Assembly (NCBI GenBank): GCA_963675525.2
Contig: CAXXSL010000019.1
Coordinates: forward strand, 64,001 to 128,000
DNA length: 64,000 nt
Direction of reading: 5' to 3'
DNA from: Anaerohalosphaeraceae bacterium
GTDB taxonomy: Bacteria; Planctomycetota; Phycisphaerae; Sedimentisphaerales; Anaerohalosphaeraceae
The first letter of the stretch is position 1. Each line of letters starts with the position of its first letter. Made by a program: the position numbers and the translations under genes. Positions 20,164 through 31,700 of this stretch are shown here, in pieces. Below the pieces are notes generated by a model. That model did not search any database. It saw only the letters and a program-made list of their open reading frames with translations, and was not told the DNA's origin.

Positions 20164-23100
20164 CTAACTGCCCGGTGTTGGCGTTGCCGCCGACCAGTTG
20201 GCGTAGTCTCGTACGTAGGCCGATTCGTCGATTCGCTGCAGAGAATCTCCTTCGCCATCAGGACCGTTACCCGGTGTTGTCGTCGGCCAGGGGGCTTCGT
20301 CGTCGTAGTCAATCTTTTCGATGGGAATCCAATAGCGTTTGGCTCGTGACCGTATTCCCAGTCACCCGGGAATCTGAAGTTCAATCTGTTCACCGCCGTT
20401 GTCTCAGTTTCCCGTCATAAGGTCCATAGACAGGCCGGCTGTAAATCGTCAATGTCGGATCTTTGGCAACGAGGATGTATGCCGTAAGCCGGGATCACCG
20501 TGTTAGTCGGGAACTCATAGCCGGTTCCTTCCAGACGCCAGGGGATACTTCTCGGTGACAAAGGACGCCCGGAGACGTATATCGATCCGCCGGTGGCATC
20601 CGACATCAGCGTGACAGGCGAACCGGTGCGATTATACAATTCAACAAACTCATAATCGCCGCTCCCTCCGTCGGATTGTAGTGGATCTCCGTAATCACGA
20701 CATCCGGGATCAGGGGATTGCTGTTTTCAGCTGCCCTGGCTGGGGGCGATCAACCATGCGGGTAAAGTCGTAACCGCCGGACAATGTCCGCTCTTTTCAT
20801 ACCGTCCTATTGTCACGCCCGTTTCCGTGGCATCAAAATTTTCCTCGGTCTGGTAATATCCGGTGATCTGTCCGCTTTCGCCGGAGGTCAGATAGACCGT
20901 TTCGCCGGCTTCACTGAGACCGAACGGGAAGTATTGCAGCCCGGCGCCAGCGGGTCGCCGAAAGTGACATCCTCAACAAAGTACGACGTAGCCGTATGCC
21001 GGGATCGAGGTGCTTTGGATTTCATACTTCATGAGGTTCGGATCGTCATTGTTATTATCCGACAGGAACCATCCGCTGATGTTAATCGTATTGGCGGTTG
21101 TATTATACAGTTCAATCCAGTCCGGCTCGGATCACTTGGCCCGTCATGCGAATGGGCCAATACCTCATTGATGACAATACTGCCGGGGGCCAGAACAGTG
21201 CTCGCCCGCCTCGCCCGGCGTTCCGCCTTCGGAAACGCTGGCTCGCCAGCCGATCTTTTCATCCCACAGAAGCGGATCTTGTTCGAGCGGATCCCGAATC
21301 GTCAGCGAGAAGCCGAAGCCGTCTGTCAGGTCATACCAGCCATCCTTGTAGTTGAATTGATGGATAATCGTACCGTTGCCGTCGACCAGTTCGACCTTTT
21401 CGCCGGCGTTATCGAGAAAGCCGGTATACTGACCGGCAACGGAGCCGCTGGACGATGGGTATCGTGTATTAAATGCCCCCGTATTTTGAACCACCACAAC
21501 ATAACCATAGCCGGCCGGTACGCGTGACATCGCCAAATGTAAAATCAATGCCGTTGGTGAACTGAACCAGGTTCAAATTGACCGCTGAAGTACCGATGTT
21601 TTTCACCTCGATAAACTCAGTATTCAGGTCGGTCGGATGATACATGATCTCGGTAATGCGAAGCGAACCGGCAAGCCGCTCGTCCACATAGGCACGGCCT
21701 CATGTAAAGCGCTCCATGTTGAACCGTCTTTCCGACGGGCCTTAACGATGGTTGACTTATCCAGTGTAATGGGCGTTCCATCGAACAGAGTCGCGGTGCT
21801 GCTGACGTTGCCCGTCCAGTATTCTCTCGGGTCGGTGCCGTCCAGTGTGTAATAAATGCTGCCTGTATCCACTCATGTCAAAGCTACATGGTACAGACAC
21901 ATGGTAGCCGGACTGCACGCTGGAATTAATCGTAAACGTACCGGCGGCTCGAATGACGGATACAGGATTTGCTTCTGGAAGAAGCTGATCGCATTGCTGG
22001 CTTTCTCACCCATCCAATCGTGAATATCCGAAACAGACGACATCCCAATGGTCATTCTTTCGTGTAAAGATCGATAGGAGAGTTCTGGTATACGTGGATT
22101 GCGTAAACATCCCGACGATAATCGCCCCAGCGAGCCGATTCGGCAATGATCGCATCCTCCAGTTCGGTCACACGACTGTTAAACATAGCCTGGGCCGAAG
22201 CGGCGGTCAAAGCACCATCGTTGTAGAAGTACTTATACACCCGGTCAGCAAACCGGATTCTGAATTCGGCAAAATTATCCAGATAACCGGTCAGGAAGTT
22301 TCCAGCCTGTTTCGGCGAAGATAGATTCTTTCGTTGGATCACCAACCGTGCCTATCTTCAAAGACCCGCTCTGTATCCCACAGATAGTACCGCCAGGGTG
22401 CAGTCGAAGATGACCGCCGCCGGCCGCCGCCCAGTTCGAAGTTGATTTCATGTCACGGTTCCAGGCCCAGCACTGAACGATGCTCCAGTCGATGACGTTA
22501 TCGATATCCAGTTTTGCACAAATATTCTTCCCAGTCTGATTGACTCGAAGAACTGGCCGCGTGAACATCACTTTTCAGATTATCCCACGAGTCGCTGGTG
22601 CCGTCTACCATCTCATCACCCGCTTTGATGGCATCATACCAGTCGCTGTCACCACCGCGAGTAATTGCCGCACAATGTGAAGCCTCCGGGACGCTCATGC
22701 ATATTATAAACACCCCAGTACAGACCGTCGATATAAAGATGGACAAATGTTCCGCTGCCGCCGGATCCTCTTGGCCCATCGCAACGATACAGTCTCGAGC
22801 AACCTGATCGCGGAGCATCGTACCTATGGCTCGCTGGCTGGTACATGTTGTGGGTCCATGAATTGTTATAACAGGCTCGAAGGTGTAAGGCATCAAACAC
22901 ACCGACAGAGGTTTGATGATCCAGTATGTCACTCTTTAGACTGTGAAGACCCATACCCGCCCCTGAAACGCAGGCTGAACGAATGCTTTCCATCATTGGT
23001 GACTTTCCTGCTATTGCCGCCCTGAAGCTTGAAGCCGCAATCGATCTGGAACGTGTCATTGGGATCACCATTAAAGTATTCAGCAGAAGCAGGCCGTTCC

Positions 23101-25695
23101 CAAAGACCGGACTCCTTTCTTCCAGGGTATTCGTATAGATGCCTTCGGAGCTTCCAAAAATACCGGCAGGATCCGATACGACTGACAGCGTCGGTATGTC
23201 CAGCAAGGCGTCTTTAATAACGGCTTTGGCCTGCTCCACGGTATAACCGGCATTGCCGGCAACAAGCTTAATATCCGTTGAATTGTTTTCCATATCAAAA
23301 TCCACAGGGGTACCGCCCCAACTGGTTGCATAGCGAGAATCGTTGGGTCGGGTCTGAGTGACGACGTCATCAAGGAACAGATACGTCTGTGTATCAATAT
23401 TGCTGGGCAGCAAGCCTGTTTTATATGCCTTTGCCCGCAGACAGGTTGTCGTAGAGATGTTAATCGGCCCTGTGTAAAGCGCCGACGATTGGTCCGGCTC
23501 GGTACCGTCGGTCGTGTAACGGATCTGAGCCCCGATCGTACCACAGGAAATCGTCACATTAAAGGGAGTTTCATAAAACCCGCGTGAATGACTAAAGTTT
23601 GTGTCATCGACCATGCCCGGCAGTGCGGCACCGTTTGCTGCACCGGACCATTGATCATTGACCCGGGTTCCCGGCGTCGGCGTGGTCAGATACCCGATGG
23701 TTTCATCCGATCCGATACCGTAGGACGTCCACGGGAACTGTTTGGGATAGTCGTTATAGGCGTAAGATACCGTCGTGCCGTCTGATGCGACGACCGCTAA
23801 GTATCCTCCATTGCCCACCCAGTTCAAAGTTCGTATGCAGGGCACCGTAGTCATCCACTAAAGGGGTAATTGGCCGGGAATGTGATCTGTTCCTTATTGG
23901 AAGCGAACACAATCATGTATTCATCGGGATCCAAGGATTAGCGCGCTGCCCATATCGGACGGGAACTGCCATTTGGTCAGCTCATCCGGATTATCCGTCA
24001 GATACCAGCCTGCCAGATCAATGGATTCGTCACCGTTGTTATGCAGTTCAATCCAATCCGGGTGTGTCGCTCCCCGTCTGAGACCATCTCCATCAATACG
24101 GGTGGTCGTCCAGGGATAATTTGTGTAAATATCCATCGAATTGATGTACGGGATATACGAATTGATCGCCATGAACTCGCTAATCACGATCGTCTGTGCC
24201 GATGGAGAACGATAGGTTCCCGATGCTTGTGTTGTTTGCTGGGATGTAATGATCACCGATTGGTTGCTCGGAGTCACCCAGTCTTGGACAGCATTGAATT
24301 GAACCGTGTGCGTCCCTGCCGACAACGACGAGACGGTTGCACCGGAAGCATTCCATGCGCCACCGTCAACACGCCATTGGGCGCCGTCAGAGACAGCTTC
24401 CGCCGGTAAAATCGTCACTTGCAGTGAACCGGTCGAGTCAGTATAGGTTCCCGAAACCTGTGTTGTTTGGCTGGCGTGTAATAGTTACCGATTGATTGGC
24501 CGGAGCCGCCCAGCCGCCAACAACAGAATATTCAACAGTGTGATCACCTTCCGTCAAAGGCGATACGGTTGCACCGGAAGCAATTCCATACGCCGCTGTC
24601 GACACGCCATTGGGCACCGGCAGAAACAGCTCCCGCATGGTGAAATGGTAACCTGCAGCGAACCGTTCCAGTCGTCCTGCCAGCTTTGTCCCAGAAGGCT
24701 TAAATCCGACATTTTAACCCAATTGTCGCCATCCAGATCCGCGGCTTTTGTGCCTGTGTTATCCAGCCAGACCAGGCCGACCAATCTCCAGGTCCAGCCA
24801 GGGTGACCTTGCAGTCGCCGTCCACATCGCCGACAGGGCAAACCGGGTCAGAAACGGTTACGGTATCGCCGTATCCGGAGTCGCATTCAGTAAGCCGTCT
24901 GTGGCGTCAATCTGCAGTTCGTAAACCCCCGCAGCCGGAAAACGCACAGTGACCTGCGGTTGGTGAACATCCGTTACGAATGTAACTGTCGCCGGACCGC
25001 TAATTTGTGACCAGGTACTCTCAGGAAGCCCATCGGTTCCCCCCAGCCATCATCTGAAACTGAACCGGTTAATGTCAGGTATTGCTGGGGAAGCGTGATC
25101 GTCTGCGGACGTGCCGGCGCCAACGGTTGGTGGATTATTCACAGGATCGCCCGAGGCTTTCTTCGGGACCGGTCACCGCTTGGTGCCGCTAAACTGTCAA
25201 GCTGAATAACAAACTTATCCAGTCAGGGTGCCCGCTTCGCGATAGCTGATTTCCAGAACATGGTCTGCCTGTGGTGAGAGTGTCAACCTGTGTATTGTCT
25301 GTGGACCACCAGCCGAAATACCGACCGTTCTCAATATTCCAACTGCCGCTGTCAATACGCCAGAAGAAGGAATCAGCAGTACCGGCATTGGAGTACATCC
25401 GAAACCAGAACCTGTAGTTGCCGCTGGTCGAGATATTAAAGTCATACGTTGTAATACAGTCGGCGGTTGTACATGCAGGAGCAGTATTGGTGTGACCGTA
25501 CTCAGGACCAATCACAAGATATGTACCATTGGAAGCGCCGGCATCAGTACCGGTTGTCCAGCGACTGCCTAATGTCCCGTTTTCCGATTCCATCGACAGG
25601 ACACCTCCGCTTTCCTGGTATTCAGCAATAGAATGAGATGTCAGCACGATACAAAAAACAAAGCATAAGAGTAAACAATAACACTTATTAGACAT
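20164..25695 (-). CDS. Giant secreted multidomain protein: CBM-like, Ig/PKD-like, dockerin-like pair, two beta-repeats, lamin-tail domains, Fn3-associated (CHB_HEX_C-like) domains, CotH kinase; heavily fragmented by indels
   Basis: Signal peptide at 25695; IVISEFMA..DWIELHN..LAGWYLTD (LTD); FSHSRGFY..IRYTTDGTEP; FVHLYIDGLYWGVY and AESARWGD (CotH); LRITEIMYHP; ends NWSAATPTPGS* at 20164. Confidence 0.8.
24212..24664 (-). repeat. Two tandem ~230-bp intragenic repeats (GSLQVTI.P..AVS.GAQWRVD.G.WN.SGATVS.L..G.HTV......W..P.NQSV.I...QTTQ.SGTY)
   Basis: Repeat starts at 24664 and 24430 on the minus strand, with clear nucleotide and protein similarity. Confidence 0.8.
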
Positions 25696-26531
25696 AATTT
25701 TACCTTTCAGTTCATTTCAGATAACTATAAATATGCCAAAATCACCGTCCGACCGAAAAGTCCGGTTCAATATGGTCAAAATCGTAAATGTTAATGTTTA
25801 AGATCGCCCACACGGGTTTCATCCCACCACACCTAAATTCATAACTTACGCCCGCAACCCCACATTGCCGCACAGAAGCGGGAACTTCCAATCGCGATAA
25901 GTATAAATAAGAGCGGTTATTTGTGCTTATGCGCCCCCATAAATACACAGATTCTACAAAAAAAAAACCGCTCACTCTACGCAGTTTTCAACCCCTAGCC
26001 GATTATAGAAAAAACCACCTCAACGTTCAAGGATCCTCTGATCCGCCGACACGGAATTCCCAGACCGTACAACTATTCATCGACACCAAAATCTTTGTTC
26101 ATTATCAATATATGTAGAATATCACATGAATATGAGAAAAACCCTCCTTGATTCCGACAAGTACTCGCCTATTATATAGTTATAAAAAGAGAAAATCCTC
26201 CCTGATTCTTGCAAACACTTACCATATACTTAGGTTAGTGGAACATTTTAAACCTAAACGGAAAGAATTTACCCCGTACAGTTTTACCTGTGAGTATCAC
26301 AGCGAAAAAGCAAATTGTCAGTTTCGTTTTTGGGTGCCAATATACACAAGTCATCCCAAAAACCTTAAATTTCGTGTTATCAGTACTGTAAACGCAGTTT
26401 TGCATCGGTTTTGGGATAGATTCTAAAAACTCCTTGCCATCGTTGAGTATGTTAGCCCCTTTGCTGAAAAGATTTCCCTTTTAGGCGTTCGTACTCAAGG
26501 TCTATCGATGCGATAGTCCCTTTCAATGATG

Positions 26532-27773
26532 CTAGCGTTTCAGAAACGCACCCATCCGCTGCATCGCCTCATCGATCCTGTCAAGATCGTGTACCAGTGG
26601 GCCGTAGGATAGACGTACGGCCTGTTGGAGGGTTTCGCCAAATCCCCATCCCGGGACCACAATCACACCAGTATTTTCCAGTATCCGGCGAGTGAATGCG
26701 GAACTTTCCGCATCCGTTCGCACGACGGTATAGAGCCCGCCCTGTGGAATCAGGCAGGGCATCTTTAAGAATTTTTCTATGGCCTGAACTGTTCGCTGGG
26801 CCGCGGTTTTGTAAAGTTGGGCGGTGTGGCGAATATAAGGTTTGATACTGTCGATGGCGATGCCATGGGCAATATAATCGGTCAACGCCATTTGATGGAG
26901 ACTATCCGGGCAGAGAATACTCGATCCCTGGACTGCTTCCAGTGCCTCTACGATTTGGACCGGAGCCTCCACCCACCCAAGCCTTCGACCCAAACCGCGA
27001 CACCATTTGGAATTTGAATGGATGGAGATATAGTTTTCATTGGGACCCCAGGAAAAATAGTCCGGTGGCGTATCCTGCCAGACTAATGCCTTGTAGGCAA
27101 AATCAACCACCAGAAAACTGCCGACTTCCTGTGCGGCTTCCAGGACAGCTTTGACAAAGGCGGTCGAAGGGACCTGTGAGGTCGGATTGTCCGGGGCACA
27201 CAGGAGAATCACCTTCGGTTTTTCCCGACGGATGAATGAAGCGAACTCATCTATCTTCTCATCGGCCACATAACGCCATTGGTCTGTGTCCAGCACGGAA
27301 AAACGCGCAATCTTCACGCCTTCGAGGGAGGATGCCTGTGAGGGATAGTTGCAGTAGGATGGGTCCGGCAGGAGTATTGTATCGCCGGGATCAAGCATGA
27401 TGTGCATCAGATTAAAGGTCATCTGGGATGAGTTACACCCAATCGCGATATTCTCCGGTGCCAGTTCCATATCCGGCCCGTAAAGGTGCTTTTCGAAATC
27501 CACCAGCGCGCGGCGGCATTCCGGCATCCCGATCGTGGGCGGATAGGCACCGCTGCTGTGAAATCGCTGCCCGTCCTGAATGATGTCCGCATACGCCTGG
27601 CGCAGTTCATCAGGCGACTCATGGTTGACCCAGCCTCCCGAAAAAGAAATCACCTCATCAGGATTGAGTCCGACTTCCTTGAAGAATTGCGGGTTTGCCA
27701 GGTCCATGATTTCACGGACAGGCGACTTGGTGTTTTTAAATACAGTCACTTTTTTGGAGATAGAGGGTTTCAT
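26532..27773 (-). CDS. PLP-dependent aminotransferase, class I/II
   Basis: PDNPT, VVDFAY, SNSKWCRGLGRRLGW (PLP-lysine motif), VVPGWGFG..VRLSY. Confidence 0.9.
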   Translation of the reverse strand: MKPSISKKVTVFKNTKSPVREIMDLANPQFFKEVGLNPDEVISFSGGWVNHESPDELRQAYADIIQDGQRFHSSGAYPPTIGMPECRRALVDFEKHLYGPDMELAPENIAIGCNSSQMTFNLMHIMLDPGDTILLPDPSYCNYPSQASSLEGVKIARFSVLDTDQWRYVADEKIDEFASFIRREKPKVILLCAPDNPTSQVPSTAFVKAVLEAAQEVGSFLVVDFAYKALVWQDTPPDYFSWGPNENYISIHSNSKWCRGLGRRLGWVEAPVQIVEALEAVQGSSILCPDSLHQMALTDYIAHGIAIDSIKPYIRHTAQLYKTAAQRTVQAIEKFLKMPCLIPQGGLYTVVRTDAESSAFTRRILENTGVIVVPGWGFGETLQQAVRLSYGPLVHDLDRIDEAMQRMGAFLKR

Positions 27774-27830
27774 GCTTTTACCTCATGCATTCTGTTTCCA
27801 AATTTAGGCCGGGGTTTCCTCACGCCGGCC

Positions 27831-29141
27831 TTATTCTTTCTTCTCGCTCGCGGAACACGGTTTATGTTTACGCCAGAAATTGGCGAGTATCGATCCGGAG
27901 ACATTCATCCATGGACTGAAAATTGCTGCCGCCAGCCCCAACGTAGCCAGTTTGCCCAAATCGTTGGCGATGCCGAACGCCATGCCGCCGTTTTGCATTC
28001 CGACTTCCATAGCCACCGTGCGCGCATCGTTTTGCTTAAGACCCAACAGGCGACTGAGCCAGTAACCTAACAGGTAGCCGGTTACGTTATGCACCGCTGC
28101 CGCAACGCACAGCAGTAACCCGACGGCCAGCAGTTCGTTACGTCCCGAGGCCGTTGCGATGGCCGTGAAGTAGATAATACCAAACATTGAGAACACCGGC
28201 ATGAAGCTGTCCAGGTTGCGCAGTTTCAGTGTGATACAATGATAGATGACGCCCATCAGAACTGCGCCCAACAGGAAACCGAACACCTTGATTAAATTTA
28301 TCATCCCGGGGGCCGTAAATGTTTCCGTGATAAGATTCCAGCCGCCGCCCATGAGAAACAGCAGCCACGCAGCGCCGGTCCCGGCGATCCCATACACGGT
28401 TATCTTTTGTTTGCCGCTGATATACTTAAGCAGGTCATGGATCATCGCCGCACCGATCGGAGCGACAACGATTTTGAAGATCGACATCATGGCGGCGACG
28501 AATTCGAAATTCTTCTCGACACCGGTATTCAGAGTCGTCAGCCAAAAAGGTGTTATAAACGGCGCCAATGCCGTAGCGCAAGCCGTTAGCGTGATCGACA
28601 GCGGCAGATTGATGCGCGCCATGTGCGCCATCACATTTGAGGCCAGCCCGCTGGAGCATGAACCAATCAGTACAAGTCCGGCGCCGATCTCCGGCGGGAA
28701 TCCGAGTACTTTGGCCAGGCTGAAACCGACCAGCGGCATGATCGTGAACTGGCATATCAGACCGACTAAAACCGCGTGCGGCATCCTGGCTACACCCGCG
28801 AAGTCGCGGATACTCATCTGTGTGCCCATGCCGAACATCACCAGTTGGATGATAATCAAGACCGCCCAGGGGTGGTTTATCTTAATCGAAAAGGTTTCGG
28901 TGATTTGCGGATTGAGGAACGCATGCGGAAAAAGCAGCGGACACACGACCGCCGCCACAATCCACGCGGTGAACTGATAGCCTCGCAGCAAAGGAATCGC
29001 GCCAAGTCCGATCGGCAGTGCAATCACGGCGATGGCTCCGGCGGCCTTGGCTATTGCGATGGCACCGGTTGCCCACGCAATTAGTGTAATGAGCAGTGCA
29101 ATCGGAAACAGCCCCAGTGCAACCTTGCGAACAGCCAGCAT
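27831..29141 (-). CDS. Bile acid:sodium symporter (BASS) family transporter
   Basis: QLVMFGMG, CQFTIMP, GSCSSGLASNV, EVGMQNGGMA. Confidence 0.92.
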   Translation of the reverse strand: MLAVRKVALGLFPIALLITLIAWATGAIAIAKAAGAIAVIALPIGLGAIPLLRGYQFTAWIVAAVVCPLLFPHAFLNPQITETFSIKINHPWAVLIIIQLVMFGMGTQMSIRDFAGVARMPHAVLVGLICQFTIMPLVGFSLAKVLGFPPEIGAGLVLIGSCSSGLASNVMAHMARINLPLSITLTACATALAPFITPFWLTTLNTGVEKNFEFVAAMMSIFKIVVAPIGAAMIHDLLKYISGKQKITVYGIAGTGAAWLLFLMGGGWNLITETFTAPGMINLIKVFGFLLGAVLMGVIYHCITLKLRNLDSFMPVFSMFGIIYFTAIATASGRNELLAVGLLLCVAAAVHNVTGYLLGYWLSRLLGLKQNDARTVAMEVGMQNGGMAFGIANDLGKLATLGLAAAIFSPWMNVSGSILANFWRKHKPCSASEKKE

Positions 29142-29794
29142 TACACCAACTCCTGAGCAAGTTGCTCAATCGCCAGCCGGGGGCTGGAGAGAACCGGCAC
29201 TGTCACTTTATCGGCAGGAAGGCTGCTGACCACGCGTGCCATGGAGGCCTGGGCCAAAACGACGACATCGACTTTGCCGGCCAGTTCGAGGATACCCTCG
29301 GACACGATTTTGTCGTGGGTAGCGGCATCACCTGAAATTACCGCTTCAAAGGCTCCTTCGCACAATTTTGCCGTCACTTCAAGGTCCTCCGCTGCTTGCC
29401 TTCGGATGAGATCAACCGTCGGATTCAAGGTGGACGGCAGGGTGGCAATCACACCGATTCGTTTACCAGCCTCAATGGCCTTGGTCGCCATCGGCTCATC
29501 CACCCGCATCACCAGGGACTCAACCAATTCACGTCCGATTTCAGTAGCCTTGCCGATGGAGGAGCAGGTCACCAGAATTGCGTCCGTACCTGCCTGGTCA
29601 GCAGACAGGATGTGATTTACCACACGTCGGGCTGTCGGTTTGGTAAGGTAGCCTTCTTTGATAATATCCTTGAGCAGGCTCTCATCGACCATGTGTATCA
29701 ATTCGATATCGGGCAGCAGTTCCCGGCACAGTTCACCGAACACCGGGATCATGACGCCCGAAGTATGGATTAACGTCAAACGTTTCTTCTTCAT
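29141..29794 (-). CDS. Asp/Glu/hydantoin racemase superfamily protein
   Basis: LIHTS, ILVTCSSIG, RVDEPM, VIATL..TL.PT, VLAQASMA; only one of the two usual catalytic Cys. Confidence 0.85.
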   Translation of the reverse strand: MKKKRLTLIHTSGVMIPVFGELCRELLPDIELIHMVDESLLKDIIKEGYLTKPTARRVVNHILSADQAGTDAILVTCSSIGKATEIGRELVESLVMRVDEPMATKAIEAGKRIGVIATLPSTLNPTVDLIRRQAAEDLEVTAKLCEGAFEAVISGDAATHDKIVSEGILELAGKVDVVVLAQASMARVVSSLPADKVTVPVLSSPRLAIEQLAQELV

Positions 29795-30740
29795 GCGTTT
29801 CTCCTCTTGAGGATGGCTTGGGCAGCGGCTACGATATCTGCCACGCCGATTTTGTAATAGTCCAGCAAGGGTTCAGGCATGCCGGAACGAGGAAAGCAGT
29901 CTTGTATGCCCAATCGTTTCATGGGGACCGGGCATTCCTCAACACTTAACTCGGCAATCGCACTGCCCAGACCGCCGATGATGTTGTGGTCTTCAATGGT
30001 CACGGCTGCACCTGTTTGTTCTAAAAGTGTGACAATGCCGTCCCGGTCCAGAGGTTTAAGGGTATGGACATCCACGACCGTAGCTTTGATACCTTCTTTG
30101 CTAAGGGCTTCAGCTGCCAATAGGACGCGATTGACCACAAAGCCGTTCGTAAACAGGGTGATGTCTTTGCCGTGTTCGGCCAGGATACGAATTTTGCCCA
30201 GTTCAAAGGGGACATTTTCACAATCCACAATCGGATCACGGCCGCTGCCGATACGCATGTAGGCCGGACCGTTGACTTTGTAAATAGCACGCGTAGCATG
30301 CCGTACCTGCCTTCATCGGCCGGAACCACTACGGTAATGCCGGGAATCGTGCGAACGATGCCAAGGTCTTCAAAAAACTGATGCGTCACGCCTTCACGTT
30401 CACCCGCGCTGATGCCGCCGTTGGCGCCAACCAGCTTGACATTCAATCCGGGATAGGCCACAAAGGTTCGCACCTGTTCACAGGCTCGCATGGTAATGAA
30501 ACCGGCATAGGTTGCGACAAAAGGGATCAGTCCGCAGGTTGCCAAACCGGCTGCACAGTCTACGGCGTTCTGTTCGGCAATGCCCACGTCAATGAAGCGG
30601 TCCGGGTATTTTTGGATAAAGTCTTTGCCCTTAACGACGAGTACCGAATCGGCACAAACCAAGACTGCCTTGGGACCCTGCTGCACCAGTTCTGCCATGG
30701 TTTCGATAAATGCAATACGGGTATTTCCTAAGGTGGTCAT
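29791..30740 (-). CDS. Transketolase, C-terminal (pyrimidine-binding) subunit; indel near 30300
   Basis: DVGIAEQN, RACEQVR, GVTHQ..EDL; second part DVHTLKPLD, EDHNIIGGLGSA. Confidence 0.9.
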
Positions 30741-31564
30741 GAGCAGGGCCCTCCTAAGTGACGCATGGCCTCTTGATATTCTTCTAGTGTGGGGACACGC
30801 TTATGCCATGAATTGTCACCCACCATGAAAGGAATGCCTTGCCCCTTAATGGTATGGGCCTGAATGACTGAGGGCCGATCCGTACAGGCCTGGGCTTTTT
30901 CAACAGCCGTGAGAATCTGACCAAACTCGTGGCCATCGATTTCCTGGCAATGCCAGCCGAATGCCTCCCACTTAGGCAGGATGGGATACAGGCCGCTGAC
31001 CTCATCCACGGGGCCGCCGCTCTGGATACCGTTATTGTCCACAAACACAATCAGGCGACCGGCTTTGTACTTGCTGGCAGCCATCGCCGCCTCCCAGATC
31101 ACACCCTCCTGAATCTCACCGTCACCGGTAATGACATAGGTGAAGTAATCGTGACCGGTGAGTCGTCCAGCCAGGACCATGCCCAGGCCGATGGAGACAC
31201 CATTGCCCAGTGAACCGGCGGTGCTGTCGATCCCGGGGGTTTTATTCATGTCGGGGTGTCCTTGTAGATTGGACTCCAGGCTGCGCAGGCCGGGCAATTC
31301 ATCGCGGGAGAAGTACCCCTTGCGTGCCAGCGTGGCATAGAGAGCCGGACAGGCGTGCCCCTTGGACAGGATAAAACGGTCACGGTCCGCTTTTCTGGGA
31401 TTCTTTGGATCCACGTTCATGATATCAAAATACAGGGCCGCAATCATGTCGGTCACCGAGAGCGAGCCTCCCGGGTGACCGTCGCCTGCCTTGTGAATCA
31501 TGGTGACGATATCAATCCTAATCTTTCGGGCGATATCCTCGAGTTTTTTAATACGATCTTGCAC
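30737..31564 (-). CDS. Transketolase, N-terminal (ThDP-binding) subunit
   Basis: GHPGGSLS, DRDRFILSKGH, LQGHP, GSLGNG, GDGEIQEG..WEA. Confidence 0.93.
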   Translation of the reverse strand: MQDRIKKLEDIARKIRIDIVTMIHKAGDGHPGGSLSVTDMIAALYFDIMNVDPKNPRKADRDRFILSKGHACPALYATLARKGYFSRDELPGLRSLESNLQGHPDMNKTPGIDSTAGSLGNGVSIGLGMVLAGRLTGHDYFTYVITGDGEIQEGVIWEAAMAASKYKAGRLIVFVDNNGIQSGGPVDEVSGLYPILPKWEAFGWHCQEIDGHEFGQILTAVEKAQACTDRPSVIQAHTIKGQGIPFMVGDNSWHKRVPTLEEYQEAMRHLGGPCS

Positions 31565-31700
31565 GTTTCTATTGCCTTTCCAGTCAATTAACTATAATAA
31601 TTTTAGGGTCACATCCATAATAATGGGAAATGCCACATAAATCAAATGTCTTCTCTGTGAGTTACCGACTACCGGCTTCAGCCGGCGGCAGTTGACTTTT

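Noticed and set aside
20130..20420. Arg-rich short ORFs that might suggest an intron or mobile element
   Set aside because: They are alternative frames of the frameshifted last lamin-tail domain of the CotH gene
25923..26426. Short plus-strand ORFs in the intergenic region
   Set aside because: AT-rich, non-ATG starts, no motifs or RBS support
27806..27831. Small hairpin AGGCCGG..CCGGCCT between BASS and aminotransferase genes
   Set aside because: Short stem with a large loop and no clear U tract; too weak to call a terminator
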